A program made the position numbers and the translations under genes. A model generated the notes under the pieces. The model saw nothing but the letters and a program-made list of their open reading frames with translations, searched no databases and was not told the DNA's origin. DNA of 64,000 nucleotides from NCBI GenBank assembly GCA_019358935.1, contig JAHHIK010000033.1:1-64000 (forward strand), given 5' to 3'. Below are positions 8,805 to 19,766 of this stretch, one piece after another (position 1 is the stretch's first letter; every line of letters begins with the position of its first letter). Source of the stretch: Tolypothrix carrinoi HA7290-LM1. Its GTDB lineage: Bacteria; Cyanobacteriota; Cyanobacteriia; Cyanobacteriales; Nostocaceae.

Positions 8805-10337
8805 TTATCTTTGAGGGTAATATTGGGGATTGGTTGCAGGGTATTGGTAACTGCTGTTGGGTGAAGGATTTATGTATGGGGGTGGATAACTTCCTGTATT
8901 GTTGGGTAAAGGTGGCATGAGTGGGGGTTGATAACCGCTTACGGGTGGAGTGTTGAGTGTGGGGTTGGTTTGAGGTGGGATGACTGGGGATTGATAACCG
9001 CTTGCGGGTGGAGTGTTTCCTATAGGGTTGGGTGTAATCGCATTTTGGCTGAATTGTTGGTAAGCAATACCAGAAATGGCGCTGATGAGTTTTTCGGCGC
9101 GAGCATCGTTACTTGGACGTTGTATCATGACAGCGGCGATGTAGCGCTTGCCGGTGGGCATATCAACTAAACCAGCATCCGCTAACATTGTACCAATATC
9201 GCCGGTTTTGTGAGCAATTGTTGCGCCGACTCCCAAACCAGAGGGTAATAATGTATCTTTCTCTGTACGGCGCATAATATCGAGCAAGCGATCGCGCGAT
9301 TGCAAACTCACTAAATTACTTTGATTCACCATCATAAGTAAATTCCCCAATTCTTTGGGACTGGTAGTGTTTGTACCTTCTAAATCTGGAAGTTTGTTAC
9401 GAATAACGGTGGTTGTCAAACCCCAACTGCGAAAACGCTGATTTAACGCTTCAATACCACCTAATTTGGCAATCAGCATATTTGTAGCGGTGTTATCGCT
9501 GATTGTAATCATTTTCGTGACAACTTCCAGCGCCGTGAACTGAGTTCCCACAGGTTTATATTGCATATTTCCCGAACCACCTGCAACCATATCTTGCTGC
9601 ATGGTTAGAGTTTCATCTAAGCGAATTTTGCCTGCATCTACATCTTGGAAAAATGCCACCAAAATCGGCACTTTAATTGTGCTAGCTGCGGGGAAACTTG
9701 CACCGGCGTTTACATCTACATAAGCACCATTATTCAAATCTACCAAGAAAACTCCTGGGGTCAAATTTGGACTTGCCAGTGCCAAATTTTGCACAGCATT
9801 TTTTAAGGAGGTGATTTCCTGAGATAAATATAAACCCCCACCAGCAGCTTGAGAATTCTGGGTAGGTTGTGGTTGACTTTGCCCAACATTTTCAGTATTC
9901 GATGCCGATGAAGTCGAGTTAATCCGAGTAGCAGGATCTAACACTGATAGCATTGTACCAACGATCGCACCAATACCAACTCCGACAATTAACAAGCGCA
10001 TTGCATATAACAACGATCTTGCCATTGGCTTTAATTTAGTTTTGCGCGATCGCCTAACTGTTTTTGATACTACCTGCTTTCGCATCGGCTTTAAGTTTGC
10101 ATCGGTGGGTTTAAGGGGTGGTATTCTTTTCTTGACAGCAGATGGCATAACTAACCCCGGTCGTGTCTTCGGCGCACCTGGAGGAGTAAGTGTAGTGCTG
10201 ATTTTTTGGGGACGCGAACGCGGTTGGCTCTTTTTCTCTTTATTTTGTCCTACTGGTTGCACTTTACGCTTATTTTGGCGTCGGTTGCTGGGTTGACGCC
10301 TTGAGAAAGCGATTAGTTTGTCATTTGATTCTGACAC
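8805..10337 (-). CDS. Class A beta-lactamase-like serine hydrolase with N-terminal membrane anchor
   Basis: ASTIK, SDN and HKTG motifs; Pro-rich tail. Confidence 0.88.
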   Translation of the reverse strand: MSESNDKLIAFSRRQPSNRRQNKRKVQPVGQNKEKKSQPRSRPQKISTTLTPPGAPKTRPGLVMPSAVKKRIPPLKPTDANLKPMRKQVVSKTVRRSRKTKLKPMARSLLYAMRLLIVGVGIGAIVGTMLSVLDPATRINSTSSASNTENVGQSQPQPTQNSQAAGGGLYLSQEITSLKNAVQNLALASPNLTPGVFLVDLNNGAYVDVNAGASFPAASTIKVPILVAFFQDVDAGKIRLDETLTMQQDMVAGGSGNMQYKPVGTQFTALEVVTKMITISDNTATNMLIAKLGGIEALNQRFRSWGLTTTVIRNKLPDLEGTNTTSPKELGNLLMMVNQSNLVSLQSRDRLLDIMRRTEKDTLLPSGLGVGATIAHKTGDIGTMLADAGLVDMPTGKRYIAAVMIQRPSNDARAEKLISAISGIAYQQFSQNAITPNPIGNTPPASGYQSPVIPPQTNPTLNTPPVSGYQPPLMPPLPNNTGSYPPPYINPSPNSSYQYPATNPQYYPQR

Positions 10338-10486
10338 TGCTACTCCTTATGACCCACTCTTTAAAAGTTTATTGCATCCCGATCCAAAGCTTATTGCAAC
10401 ACTTTAATACTAAGTAGCATTTTTGTGTTTAGTTTAAGTTATATTCATGATTTTGGGGAGATGATCCGTATATAGTAAACGATGAC

Positions 10487-11341
10487 TTACAAGTTTTCAC
10501 GATCGCGTAGCGCGTCCTGTTGCTCAACTGCACTTGGTGCAGTTGCCTCGTTGCTTTGCAACGAGGGAGGCATTTCTGAAAGAAATGCCTCAGCAACATA
10601 CGGACGATCGCTCTTTCCCCCCATAGCCCATTCTACCTGCCGCAAAATTCCCCGCAACATAGCTACTTCCTTAGTTTGCAATCCAGCGCGATTATAAAGT
10701 TGCCGAAATTTTTCCATCCGACTAGCTGCCGTATGTGGATAAATGTAACCAATTTGCAACAACAGCGATTCTAATTGTTGATAGTATGTTTCCACAACCT
10801 CAAAAGGTGCGAGTTCAGTTTTGCTTGAAGTGTAAGTCTTTGGTTGCTTGGCATTTTCTGCCAGTTCATAACAGCAAATTCCCACAGCCATTGCCAGATT
10901 CAGCGATGGATAAATAGAATCGGTGGGAATGCGAATAAATCTCTGAGCGTAGTTTAATTCTTGATTAGTTAAGCCCCGGTCTTCTGGACCGAAAATCAAC
11001 GCTGCTGATTTTTCTTTTTCTTCTAATAACCAGGGTAATGCATCGCGGGGATTTTCTAAAGGCGTTGAGCGATCGCGCACTCTCGCAGTTGTAGCGATCG
11101 CTCGAAAACATCCTTGCAATGCTTCTGGCAAAGTCGCTACCGATACCGCAGATTCTAAAACATCGTCGGCATGAACTGCCATTTTTTTTGCTTCCATCCC
11201 CAAAAAGTCACATTGAGGATTGACCAATACTAGATGATGTAGCCCAAAATTTTTCATCACCCGTGCTACAGACCCCACATTCATTGGACCTGCTGGTTCT
11301 ACCAACACAATTTTTAACCAGTCCAATTTGATTTCTTGCAT
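10487..11341 (-). CDS. trmJ: SPOUT RNA methyltransferase, TrmJ/LasT family
   Basis: NVGSVARVMKNFG, FGPEDRGL, YPSLNLA; start placed at ATG 11341. Confidence 0.85.
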   Translation of the reverse strand: MQEIKLDWLKIVLVEPAGPMNVGSVARVMKNFGLHHLVLVNPQCDFLGMEAKKMAVHADDVLESAVSVATLPEALQGCFRAIATTARVRDRSTPLENPRDALPWLLEEKEKSAALIFGPEDRGLTNQELNYAQRFIRIPTDSIYPSLNLAMAVGICCYELAENAKQPKTYTSSKTELAPFEVVETYYQQLESLLLQIGYIYPHTAASRMEKFRQLYNRAGLQTKEVAMLRGILRQVEWAMGGKSDRPYVAEAFLSEMPPSLQSNEATAPSAVEQQDALRDRENL

Positions 11342-11583
11342 CGCCTTCTGCCTGCATAGTGTCTTGATAGTTATTGTACGCAGCACAGGTGAAAGCCTAC
11401 GCAAAGTTGAGACATTCTGCGCTCTTGGGAACACTAAAAACCGGAAGTCTCAAAGATTCAGCAGAACAAACAGAATCTTGTAGCAGCGATACCTGCGGCA
11501 CGCGAGGGAAAGCGATCGCACGTCAAATTGTCGAACAAACCCACAATGATATTGAAATTCTCTTTGCTTGAGACTTATCTTTA

Positions 11584-11655
11584 AGCGGGCGATGGGACTC
11601 GAACCCACGACGTTCACCTTGGGAGGGTGAGATTCTACCACTGAATTACACCCGC
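11584..11655 (-). tRNA. tRNA-Gly(CCC)
   Basis: GCGGGTGTAATTCAGTGGTAGAATCTCACCCTCCCAAGGTGAACGTCGTGGGTTCGAGTCCCATCGCCCGCT; cloverleaf, anticodon loop CT-CCC-AA. Confidence 0.97.
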
Positions 11656-11702
11656 AAATCTTTTAGCCTTATTTAAGAACTAAAAGGCATTATACCACAT
11701 TA

Positions 11703-11836
11703 TATCATGCTCTTGTAGTAAGGAATGCGCGTCCTTATCTTAATTATGAGGACGCGCATTCCTCACGGGAGCAGCAAATCACACATATTATTGTAGAGAC
11801 GTTCGGTGTGGAACGTCTCTACACGCGGACATGATA
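11703..11836. mobile_element. MITE-like element with internal palindromes
   Basis: Ends TATCATG...CATGATA; internal AGGAATGCGCGTCCT/AGGACGCGCATTCCT and GTAGAGACGTTC..GAACGTCTCTAC hairpins; related segments at 47875-47913 and 49577-49633. Confidence 0.6.
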
Positions 11837-14800
11837 TTATTTGTGAATTGAGTATTCAGAGGGCGGTTCTTCCCTACCAGGAGGCAAACTCATGACTTTT
11901 TCAACAGCAACCTTCTTGGGGCGCCGTTTCTTCTTGCCTATACCATATTTTGCCGTATCCACAATCCACCTTTGGAAAGAGTCGATATAAGTAAATATCA
12001 CCGGCACTACCACCAAAGTCAGCAAAGTGGAAGTTGTGAAACCGCCCAGAATCGCAACTCCCATCGGTTGACGAACTTCAGCACCGGCACCAATTCCTAA
12101 AGCTAGAGGAATGATACCGGCAATAGTTGCTAAAGAAGTCATCATAATTGGGCGCAAACGTGACAATCCGGCTTCTAGGAGCGCCTCACGTTGTTTTTTG
12201 CCTTCTTGGAGGTTCATAATTGCATAGTCCACCAAGAGAATCGAGTTTTTGGTAACAACTCCCATCAATAAAACGATACCAATCAGCGCGTAGATTCCCA
12301 AGGGTTTTTGAGCAACCATCAAGGCTACGAGTGCGCCACCTAAACAAAAGGGCAACGCCATCATAATCGCTATCGGATAGAGGAAGTTATTATACAGCAA
12401 AACCAGAATCGCATAGATACTCATTAATGCCAGCCCCAGTGCAGTACCAAAGCGACTGAAGATTTCTGCCATAATTTTCGCACTTCCAGAAGGTTGTTGA
12501 CTGACTCCTGGTGGCAAGTTGGTGAATGCAGGTAACTTGTCAACTGCATTTACTGCTTCTCCTAAAGAGATACCTTGCAAGTTTGCTTCCACCGCGACTT
12601 GACGAGAGCGATCGAAGCGGTTGACGGTTGCAGGACCGCTACCAAAGCGGATATCTGCCACAGCAACGAGGGGAACCAAGGTGTTATTTTGAGCCGGGAC
12701 TTGCAGATTTTTGATAGTGTTGATGTCTGTTCGCGCTTTCGGATCGATTTGCACGCGAATTGGAATTTGGCGATCGGGAAGATTGTATTTCGCCAAATTT
12801 GCCTCGTTATCGCCTATAGTTGCCAGCGAAGCAGTCCGGGCAATTGCTTGCACGGTTACGCCTAAATCTGCTGCCCGCTGCGGATCGGGTATTACCAAAA
12901 TCTCTGGTTTTACCAGACTTGCAGTTGAGGATACTTCTACTAATCCGGGTACGGTTCGCATCTGCTTTTCTAATGCGTTAGCACCTTCCAGCAAAGCGTC
13001 TGGATTTTCACTTCTGAGAACTATAGATAATTCCTTACCACTATCACCAGGTCCTTGACTTTGGAAACTAATTCTTGCTCCCGGTATTTGCTGGAATATA
13101 GGACGTATTTGCACCTCAAACTCTTTTTGAGTAACTTTTCGTTCTTCTCTAGGTTTGAGCTTGACGGTGAGGGTAGCTAAATTTATTTCTTCTGTGGCTA
13201 GCACGCTTTCAACTGCTGGATTTTGCCGGATGAGGTTAGTTCCTTGCGTCGCTACTTTGTTGATATCTAGCAAGGTAGAACCTGGGGGTAATTCTATCGA
13301 AACAACGGAAATACCCAAGTCTCCGTCATCCACAAAACCTTTGGGGATACCGGGAATCAGCATCAAACTGGCAATAAAGAAAGCCAGAGCAATACCCAAT
13401 GTTGTCAATCTATGGCGTAATGCCCACTTCAACAGTGATCTATAAGGTTGAAAGCGTCGCCGGCGAGAAGAAGGAGAAGAAACGCTTTGGGCTTTTAACT
13501 CCGAGGGGTAGGGGGGAAGTGAGAAAGGAATTTCTTCTTCTTGATTCTTTTTGCGACCTAGAAACGGAAAATTTATCCCAAAAAATCTGATTCCTTTTTT
13601 GCGCTTGTGCTGTTTTGCACCTTCGTCGTGTTTCTTATCCTTGAGCAAATACGCACCCATCATCGGTGTAACCATCCGTGCCACAAAAGTTGAGAAAATC
13701 GTAGAAACGGCAACGGTGACACCAAAAGGTTGGAAAAACTGCCCCGGAATACCACCCATAAAAGCAACGGGCAAAAACACGGCAATAATAGTCGCAGAAC
13801 TCGCAATCACCGCTAGTCCCACTTCATCAGAAGAGTCAAAAGAAGCTTCCCAAGCTGTTTTGCCCATTGCCATGTGCCGTTCCATGTTCTCAATTTCCAC
13901 AACGGCATCATCTACCAAGTTACCCACCGCTAGCGCTAATCCCAACAAAGTCATGTTGTTGAGGGTGTAACCTAACGCTTGCTGCACAAAAAAGGTAGGA
14001 ATAATCGACAAAGGCAAAGCTACTGCTGTAATTAATGTTGCTCGCCAGTCTTTCAAAAATACGAGAATTACTATTACCGCCAGCAATGAGGCTTGAATTA
14101 ATTCATCAATTGTGCTTTCATACGAGGCACGCACGGGGGTGGCTCTGGTATAAATTAATTCCAGCTTCACGTCTTGGGGAAGGGTTTTTTGCAGTTCTTC
14201 TAAGGCTGCTTTTACTCCTTCTTCTACCGTCACCGTAACGCTACCCGTACTCCGCAATACTTGGAAGGCTACCACCGGTTTGTTATTCAACCGTGCAGAT
14301 TGGCGGATGTCACCAAATTTATCTTCTACCGTCCCCAAACTAGATAAGGGCACGGAACCACCATTAGGCAAGACAATTTCGTAATTTTTCAGGTCATTGA
14401 CGCTTTTGGCACTACCGAGAGTACGAATACTTTGTTCGCTACCGCCAACTTCGCTGCGTCCACCAGGTAAGTTGATGTTAAAAGCGCGTACTTGGTCGTT
14501 TACCTGGGTAGCGGTGATGCCTAGGGATTGTAAACGATTTGGGTTAAGGTTAATCCGAATTTCTCGGTCAACTCCACCTATACGCTTAACTTGTCCCACT
14601 CCCTTGACTGATAACAAAGCGCGGCTGATAGTTTGGTCTACGAGGTTACTTAATTCTTCTACAGTTTGCTTGCTGGATGTAACAGCGTAGGTGACGATGG
14701 GACCGCCGGCAAAATCCACACGTTCGACTATCGGATCGTTGATATCTTGGGGTAAATCTTGGCGAATTTGGGAAATCGCATTGCGGACATCGTTGGTAGC

Positions 14801-15115
14801 GCGATCGCTATTTGTACCCAAAATAAAAGTTATTATCGTCCTCGATGAACCATCAGTAACGGTGGAACGCAATTCATCGATGTTTCCTAACCCAGCAACA
14901 GCATCTTCAATTTTTTTCGTCACTTGAGATTCAAGTTCCGCAGGACCGGCGCCTGGTTGGGTAACACTAACCGAAACTGTTGGCACATCAATGTTTGGGT
15001 TAGTATCAATTCCCAAAGAAATGAAGGAGAACCAACCGATTATTGTCAATACTAAAAATATAACTATCGTCGGGACAGGTTTTTTAATTGCCCAAGACGA
15101 GATATTGAAAGACAT
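11837..15115 (-). CDS. RND efflux transporter permease (AcrB/AcrD/AcrF family)
   Basis: LVDDAVVEIEN, KNSILLVD, RLRPIMMT; 1092 aa. Confidence 0.96.
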   Translation of the reverse strand: MSFNISSWAIKKPVPTIVIFLVLTIIGWFSFISLGIDTNPNIDVPTVSVSVTQPGAGPAELESQVTKKIEDAVAGLGNIDELRSTVTDGSSRTIITFILGTNSDRATNDVRNAISQIRQDLPQDINDPIVERVDFAGGPIVTYAVTSSKQTVEELSNLVDQTISRALLSVKGVGQVKRIGGVDREIRINLNPNRLQSLGITATQVNDQVRAFNINLPGGRSEVGGSEQSIRTLGSAKSVNDLKNYEIVLPNGGSVPLSSLGTVEDKFGDIRQSARLNNKPVVAFQVLRSTGSVTVTVEEGVKAALEELQKTLPQDVKLELIYTRATPVRASYESTIDELIQASLLAVIVILVFLKDWRATLITAVALPLSIIPTFFVQQALGYTLNNMTLLGLALAVGNLVDDAVVEIENMERHMAMGKTAWEASFDSSDEVGLAVIASSATIIAVFLPVAFMGGIPGQFFQPFGVTVAVSTIFSTFVARMVTPMMGAYLLKDKKHDEGAKQHKRKKGIRFFGINFPFLGRKKNQEEEIPFSLPPYPSELKAQSVSSPSSRRRRFQPYRSLLKWALRHRLTTLGIALAFFIASLMLIPGIPKGFVDDGDLGISVVSIELPPGSTLLDINKVATQGTNLIRQNPAVESVLATEEINLATLTVKLKPREERKVTQKEFEVQIRPIFQQIPGARISFQSQGPGDSGKELSIVLRSENPDALLEGANALEKQMRTVPGLVEVSSTASLVKPEILVIPDPQRAADLGVTVQAIARTASLATIGDNEANLAKYNLPDRQIPIRVQIDPKARTDINTIKNLQVPAQNNTLVPLVAVADIRFGSGPATVNRFDRSRQVAVEANLQGISLGEAVNAVDKLPAFTNLPPGVSQQPSGSAKIMAEIFSRFGTALGLALMSIYAILVLLYNNFLYPIAIMMALPFCLGGALVALMVAQKPLGIYALIGIVLLMGVVTKNSILLVDYAIMNLQEGKKQREALLEAGLSRLRPIMMTSLATIAGIIPLALGIGAGAEVRQPMGVAILGGFTTSTLLTLVVVPVIFTYIDSFQRWIVDTAKYGIGKKKRRPKKVAVEKVMSLPPGREEPPSEYSIHK

Positions 15116-15121
15116 ATTAAT

Positions 15122-15305
15122 TTTGTTAGTTGTTAGTTGTTGGTTGTTGGTTGTTGGTTGTTGGTTTTGGTTGTTAGTTGTTGGTTGTTAGTTGTTGGTT
15201 GTTAGTTGTTGGTTGTTGGTTGTTTACCACTAACCACGCTCCCACTATCGACTAACCACTATCGACTAACGACTAACGACTAACCACGCTCCCACTATCC
15301 ACCCT
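15122..15305. repeat. STRR tract (GTTGTTA/GTTGTTG then CCACTAA-type)
   Basis: Tandem 7-mers. Confidence 0.9.
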
Positions 15306-15306
15306 C

Positions 15307-16821
15307 CTACTGTCTGTTGACTACGCGCACTTTATCGCCATCTTTGATGTATCCTGCGCCATCTACAACTACGCGATCGCCTACTTTCACTCCTTTTTTA
15401 ATTTCCACTCTGCCACCAATAAGACTTTCTCCTCTTTCTACTTTCACAGCACGTACTGTGTCTTCACCCGATAGGATGAATACACTGGTACTACCATCCG
15501 GTTGGGGTAATACGGCTTTTTCTGGTGCTGCCATCCCTACCGTTGTATTGATGGTAATCAGCGCACGCGCAAACATTCCGGGTTTGAGTAAATTTGTCTG
15601 CGGTAAGTCAATTTTTACGGTTGCTTCACGTCTTTGCTGATTAATCAGCGGTTGTATTTCTCTAACTCGTCCTTGCAAGCGCACGCGGTTATCGAGATCC
15701 GAGGTAATTTGCGCGGGTGCGCCAATTTTCACTTGTGGTAATTGAGTTTCGGGAACCAGCGCTTGAAGTTCTAGACTGCCGTTACGAATAATGGAAAAGA
15801 GCTTTTGCGTACCACCAACTACAGTTCCTACCTGAGTTTGCGGAGGTACTCCCGTCACATCTCCAACTCTAACTAGTTTCTCGGCTATAAGTCCAGAAAC
15901 TGGCGCACGCACCACAGTTTGTCCCTGCTGAGTTCTGACTTGTTGGACTTTCGCATTACTACTTCTGACAGCAGCTTGGGCGCTGTTGATATTCGCGCTG
16001 GCGATGTTGACATTTGCTTGGGCACTCTTGACAGCAGCTTGAGCACTCAAGACATCCTGTTCGGCGCTTCTAACATTGGCTTCGGCGAGACGCACGGCTT
16101 CTGTAGCTGTTGCTACAGTTGTTGTCCGAGTCAAGAGTTCTTGTTTGCTAATTGCACCTGCATTTGCTAATTGTTGATAGCTTTCGAGATTCTTTCTGGC
16201 TTCATCTAACCTCGCCTTAGTTTGAGCCACATCAGCAAGTCTTTGCTGCACTACCGCTTGCCGGGAAGCCACATTTGCCTGACTGGTGACTACAGCCGCT
16301 TGCTTTGAAGCTAAATCCGCCTGTTGAGATCCTACATCTGCCTGCTTTGATTCGACATCTGCTCTTGCTTGACGAATTTGGTCTTGCAATACTGAATCAT
16401 CCAGAATTGCCAAAACTTGACCTTGTTTTACTGAATCTCCTTCTTTTACTAAGACTTGTTTGATTTGCAAGCCATTTGTTTGCGGTAATACCGGAATCAA
16501 ATCACGCGCTGTTACAGTACCTGTAGTACTTAGGGTACGGGCAATACGAGTGATTTCAACTGGAGCGACGGTGACTGTCATTGAGGGGGCAACATTTGCG
16601 GCAGGTTTTGTTGCTACCGGATTTTGTTGACCGGCGGAACGATTAGCTAATAAACGCATTCCCCCAAAAGCGATCGCTATTCCCAAAGCAGTACCCAGCA
16701 ATAGCGGTAATAGCCAAGGACGCGATCGCCTACTAACCCATTCTTCCTCAAAGTCAGCATCCTCGATTTTCCTCAGTTCTTGCACATCAATATCTGATAA
16801 ATGCTCCTCCCCCATAGTCAT
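15307..16821 (-). CDS. RND efflux periplasmic adaptor (membrane fusion protein)
   Basis: N-terminal TM, lipoyl halves (VKEGDSVKQGQVLA; VRAPVSG), long coiled coil, LKPGMFA. Confidence 0.95.
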   Translation of the reverse strand: MTMGEEHLSDIDVQELRKIEDADFEEEWVSRRSRPWLLPLLLGTALGIAIAFGGMRLLANRSAGQQNPVATKPAANVAPSMTVTVAPVEITRIARTLSTTGTVTARDLIPVLPQTNGLQIKQVLVKEGDSVKQGQVLAILDDSVLQDQIRQARADVESKQADVGSQQADLASKQAAVVTSQANVASRQAVVQQRLADVAQTKARLDEARKNLESYQQLANAGAISKQELLTRTTTVATATEAVRLAEANVRSAEQDVLSAQAAVKSAQANVNIASANINSAQAAVRSSNAKVQQVRTQQGQTVVRAPVSGLIAEKLVRVGDVTGVPPQTQVGTVVGGTQKLFSIIRNGSLELQALVPETQLPQVKIGAPAQITSDLDNRVRLQGRVREIQPLINQQRREATVKIDLPQTNLLKPGMFARALITINTTVGMAAPEKAVLPQPDGSTSVFILSGEDTVRAVKVERGESLIGGRVEIKKGVKVGDRVVVDGAGYIKDGDKVRVVNRQ

Positions 16822-16985
16822 TCCTCCACTTTTTACCCAAACGCTAATAATGGTAATTGCTTAAAAAAACTTTAAATTAATTACTATATATTAACTATGA
16901 CTCATTACCTACGCTTATGGCTGTATGAATACGTAAAATCTATCTATAAAAAAGTCATATTTTGCCAAAGTGGAGAAGTTAGCAC

Positions 16986-17177
16986 CCCCTGCAAAAACCC
17001 ACGACAAATGGGGACAGCCTTCAACCGAGTTTGTCGTGGGTGGTTGCGGATCTATTAAACAAGGAACCGTCTCCCATAAGTCTTGGGAAGGACTCGCCCT
17101 ATCTGTAAGGCTTGAGTAGCAATAAAGCGCGAAATTAGAATTTATCACCGTAAATTCCCCACGAAAGAAGCCGTCAA
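16986..17177 (-). ncRNA. Putative structured non-coding element, copy B (core inverted relative to copy A)
   Basis: CCCCTGCAA, CATAAGTC-N8-GACTCGCCCTA, CTTGA and AAGCCGYCAA shared with copy A; 22-bp core is the exact reverse complement of 4595-4616. Confidence 0.45.
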
Positions 17178-17491
17178 AAGCGGACTCCTTTCATTTTTAC
17201 TTTCATAGTCCGTATAATGTCTTCACCTGATCGGGTGAATGCAATGGCATTGACATTTGGTTGTAGTCAATCAGATCGTTGTTTAGCACTGTCTATAACT
17301 TTGCGCTTCATGAAGGCGATCGCCTATGCTGTGATAGATACATTCACAGCACAGGACACCCACCCATAAATGCGATCGCCTATGGCGGGCGCTTTGCGCC
17401 ATCGCATTCATAGCTACTGGACAAATCTGCGTACTCAATTCCAGCAAATGCCTGCCCAATTATTTAACTTTGACAATAAATAAATAACAGT

Positions 17492-18388
17492 ATGTTCAAC
17501 GCGACTGAAATTTTAATTGATGCTTTTGTCAAGCAAATTCGAGAAGGCTACCGCCGCACTTACGGCTGCTTAAAAACTGACTACCAGGACATCATAGCTT
17601 GGGCAGGCAACATGGCTTTGGAAAACATTGCCAATAGCGATGCTCTATATCACAATGTTGAACATTCTGTCTTAGTCACCCTTGTGGGACAGGAAATTCT
17701 TAGAGGCAAACATATCCGTGAGGGTGGGGTTTCGAGTGAAGACTGGTTGCATTGTGTCATCTCCTTAGTGTGCCACGATATCGGCTATGTCAAAGGAGTT
17801 TGCCGACAAGACCGAGAAACAGATAACTTGTATGCTACAGGTAAAAATGGGCAAATGATTAGTCTTCATCCTGGCGCTTCGGATGCCAGCCTCACACCGT
17901 ATCATGTTGATCGAGCAAAACTATTCATTGATGAGCGTTTTGGCGGTCACACGCTGATAGATTCTGAGGTAATTAAGAGTAACATTGAATTGACTCGGTT
18001 TCCAGTGCCCACAGCAGACGATCATCAAGGTACAAGTAACTTTGCAGGCTTAGTGCGTGCTGCCGATTTGATTGGACAATTAAGCGATCCGCGTTACTTG
18101 CGGAAAATTACTTCTTTATTCTACGAGTTTGAAGAAACGGGAATAAATAAAGTTTTGGGTTATAAAACTCCTGCCGATTTGCGGAAGAACTACGCCAAAT
18201 TTTACTGGAATGGCGTATATCCTTATATTAAAGAAGGATTGCGTTATTTGTCTTTGACACAGCAGGGAAAACAAATTGTTGCTAATCTTTATTCAAATGT
18301 ATTTGTTGTAGAACACGAAAAACAACAAGACGAACGATATTTAGAAGAGTTAGGAGTGAGGAGTGAAGAGTTAGGAGTGAGGAGTTAG
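17492..18388 (+). CDS. HD-domain metal-dependent phosphohydrolase (Npun_R2479-like)
   Basis: YHNVEH, CHDIGY, RAADLIGQL. Confidence 0.88.
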   Translation: MFNATEILIDAFVKQIREGYRRTYGCLKTDYQDIIAWAGNMALENIANSDALYHNVEHSVLVTLVGQEILRGKHIREGGVSSEDWLHCVISLVCHDIGYVKGVCRQDRETDNLYATGKNGQMISLHPGASDASLTPYHVDRAKLFIDERFGGHTLIDSEVIKSNIELTRFPVPTADDHQGTSNFAGLVRAADLIGQLSDPRYLRKITSLFYEFEETGINKVLGYKTPADLRKNYAKFYWNGVYPYIKEGLRYLSLTQQGKQIVANLYSNVFVVEHEKQQDERYLEELGVRSEELGVRS

Positions 18389-18585
18389 TTGTTAGTTGTT
18401 AAGAGTTAAGAATTATGAATTGTGAATTATGAATAAGTAAAAAAGTTCCATAATTCATAACTTGTACCCAACAATTAACCACTAACCCCGCTCCCCCTAA
18501 CCACTAACCCCGCTCCTCCTAACTCCTAACTCCTAACCCCTAACAACTAACAACTAACAACTAACAACCAACAACCAACAACTAT
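18345..18585. repeat. STRR tracts overlapping the HD gene 3' end
   Basis: GGAGTGA/GGAGTTA and CAACTAA 7-mers. Confidence 0.85.
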
Positions 18586-18586
18586 T

Positions 18587-19702
18587 ATGAATTGGTGGCA
18601 AAGACTCAAGAAAAATCCGTTGGCGCGATTTGGCGCAATTTTGCTATTAGTTTTCTATGTAGCAGTCATTGCAGCTGATTTCATCGCTCCTTACGACCCA
18701 TATGTAACACAAGCAAATGGTTCGCTGCTACCACCTACTCAGGTTTATTGGTTTTCTAAATCGGGGCAGTTTATCGGTCCTCATGTTTATCCGACGACGC
18801 AAGGAGACACAAATTTAGAAACGGGTAAGCGAGAACTGATTGTAGACCGCAGTAAACCTTCACCTTTACGTTTATTCGTCCAAGGTTCAGAGTACCATTT
18901 GTTTCAGCTTAGTTTTCCCGTACCGCCAAAATGGGAGGAAGTAACAATAATTCCAGGTATTCCACTTAATTGGCATTTGTTTGGCACAACCGATAATGTC
19001 AAATTCAATCTTGTGGGTACTGATGACCAAGGTCGCGACCAATTCAGCCGCTTGTTGTATGGTGGTCGCATTAGTTTATTTATTGGAATTATCGGGGTAC
19101 TTGTTACTTTTCCCCTTGGTCTGTTGTTTGGGGGAATTTCTGGTTATTTCGGCGGTTGGACTGATAGTATAATCATGCGTTTAGCTGAAGTGCTGATGAC
19201 CTTTCCTAGTATTTATCTTTTGGTGAGTTTAGGGGCAGTATTACCAGCTGGTTTAAGTAGCACTCAGAACTTTTTGCTAATTGTGTTGATTACTTCGGTT
19301 ATTAGTTGGGCTGGGTTAGCGCGGGTAATTCGCGGACAGGTACTCTCAATTAAAGAGCGAGAGTTTGTCCAAGCTGCACGGGCAATGGGTGGTAAGCCAC
19401 TTTATATTATTCTCCGTCACGTTTTGCCGCAAACTGCTACTTATGTAATTATCGCTGCTACGCTTTCAGTTCCTAGCTTTATTGGGGCAGAAGCGGTACT
19501 TAGTCTGATTGGTTTGGGCATTAAACCACCAGATCCTTCTTGGGGTAATATGCTTTCTTTGGCAACCAATGCTTCGATTTTGGTACTGCAACCTTGGCTA
19601 ATTTGGCCTCCTGCTATACTGATTATCCTGACGGTATTGGCTTTTAATTTACTGGGTGATGGATTAAGGGATGCGCTTGACCCGCGTAGTTTGCGAAGGT
19701 AG
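18587..19702 (+). CDS. Oligopeptide/dipeptide ABC transporter permease (OppC/DppC)
   Basis: GTDDQGRD, EFVQAARAMG (EAA loop), PSWG, GDGLRDALDP. Confidence 0.93.
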   Translation: MNWWQRLKKNPLARFGAILLLVFYVAVIAADFIAPYDPYVTQANGSLLPPTQVYWFSKSGQFIGPHVYPTTQGDTNLETGKRELIVDRSKPSPLRLFVQGSEYHLFQLSFPVPPKWEEVTIIPGIPLNWHLFGTTDNVKFNLVGTDDQGRDQFSRLLYGGRISLFIGIIGVLVTFPLGLLFGGISGYFGGWTDSIIMRLAEVLMTFPSIYLLVSLGAVLPAGLSSTQNFLLIVLITSVISWAGLARVIRGQVLSIKEREFVQAARAMGGKPLYIILRHVLPQTATYVIIAATLSVPSFIGAEAVLSLIGLGIKPPDPSWGNMLSLATNASILVLQPWLIWPPAILIILTVLAFNLLGDGLRDALDPRSLRR

Positions 19703-19766
19703 TTTTTTGTTGTAGTTGAAGGAGTGCGATCGCACTTTATTATCCGATAATTTATTATATGAGGAT

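Noticed and set aside
11584..11655. tRNA-Gly as integration site of a genomic island
   Set aside because: No duplicated tRNA 3' end or integrase seen; the flanks are ordinary genes. The 9-nt ACCCACGAC match to the novel element is too short to be meaningful.
17111..17135. Resemblance of AGCAATAAAGCGCG to Cas12k tracrRNA
   Set aside because: Short, not conserved in copy A, and no Cas12k/Tn7 genes or repeats present.
16915..17148. 77-aa ORF over element copy B (and short ORFs at 4384-4667 over copy A)
   Set aside because: No shared start or full frame between copies, and the core inversion breaks collinearity; conservation fits RNA/DNA structure better.
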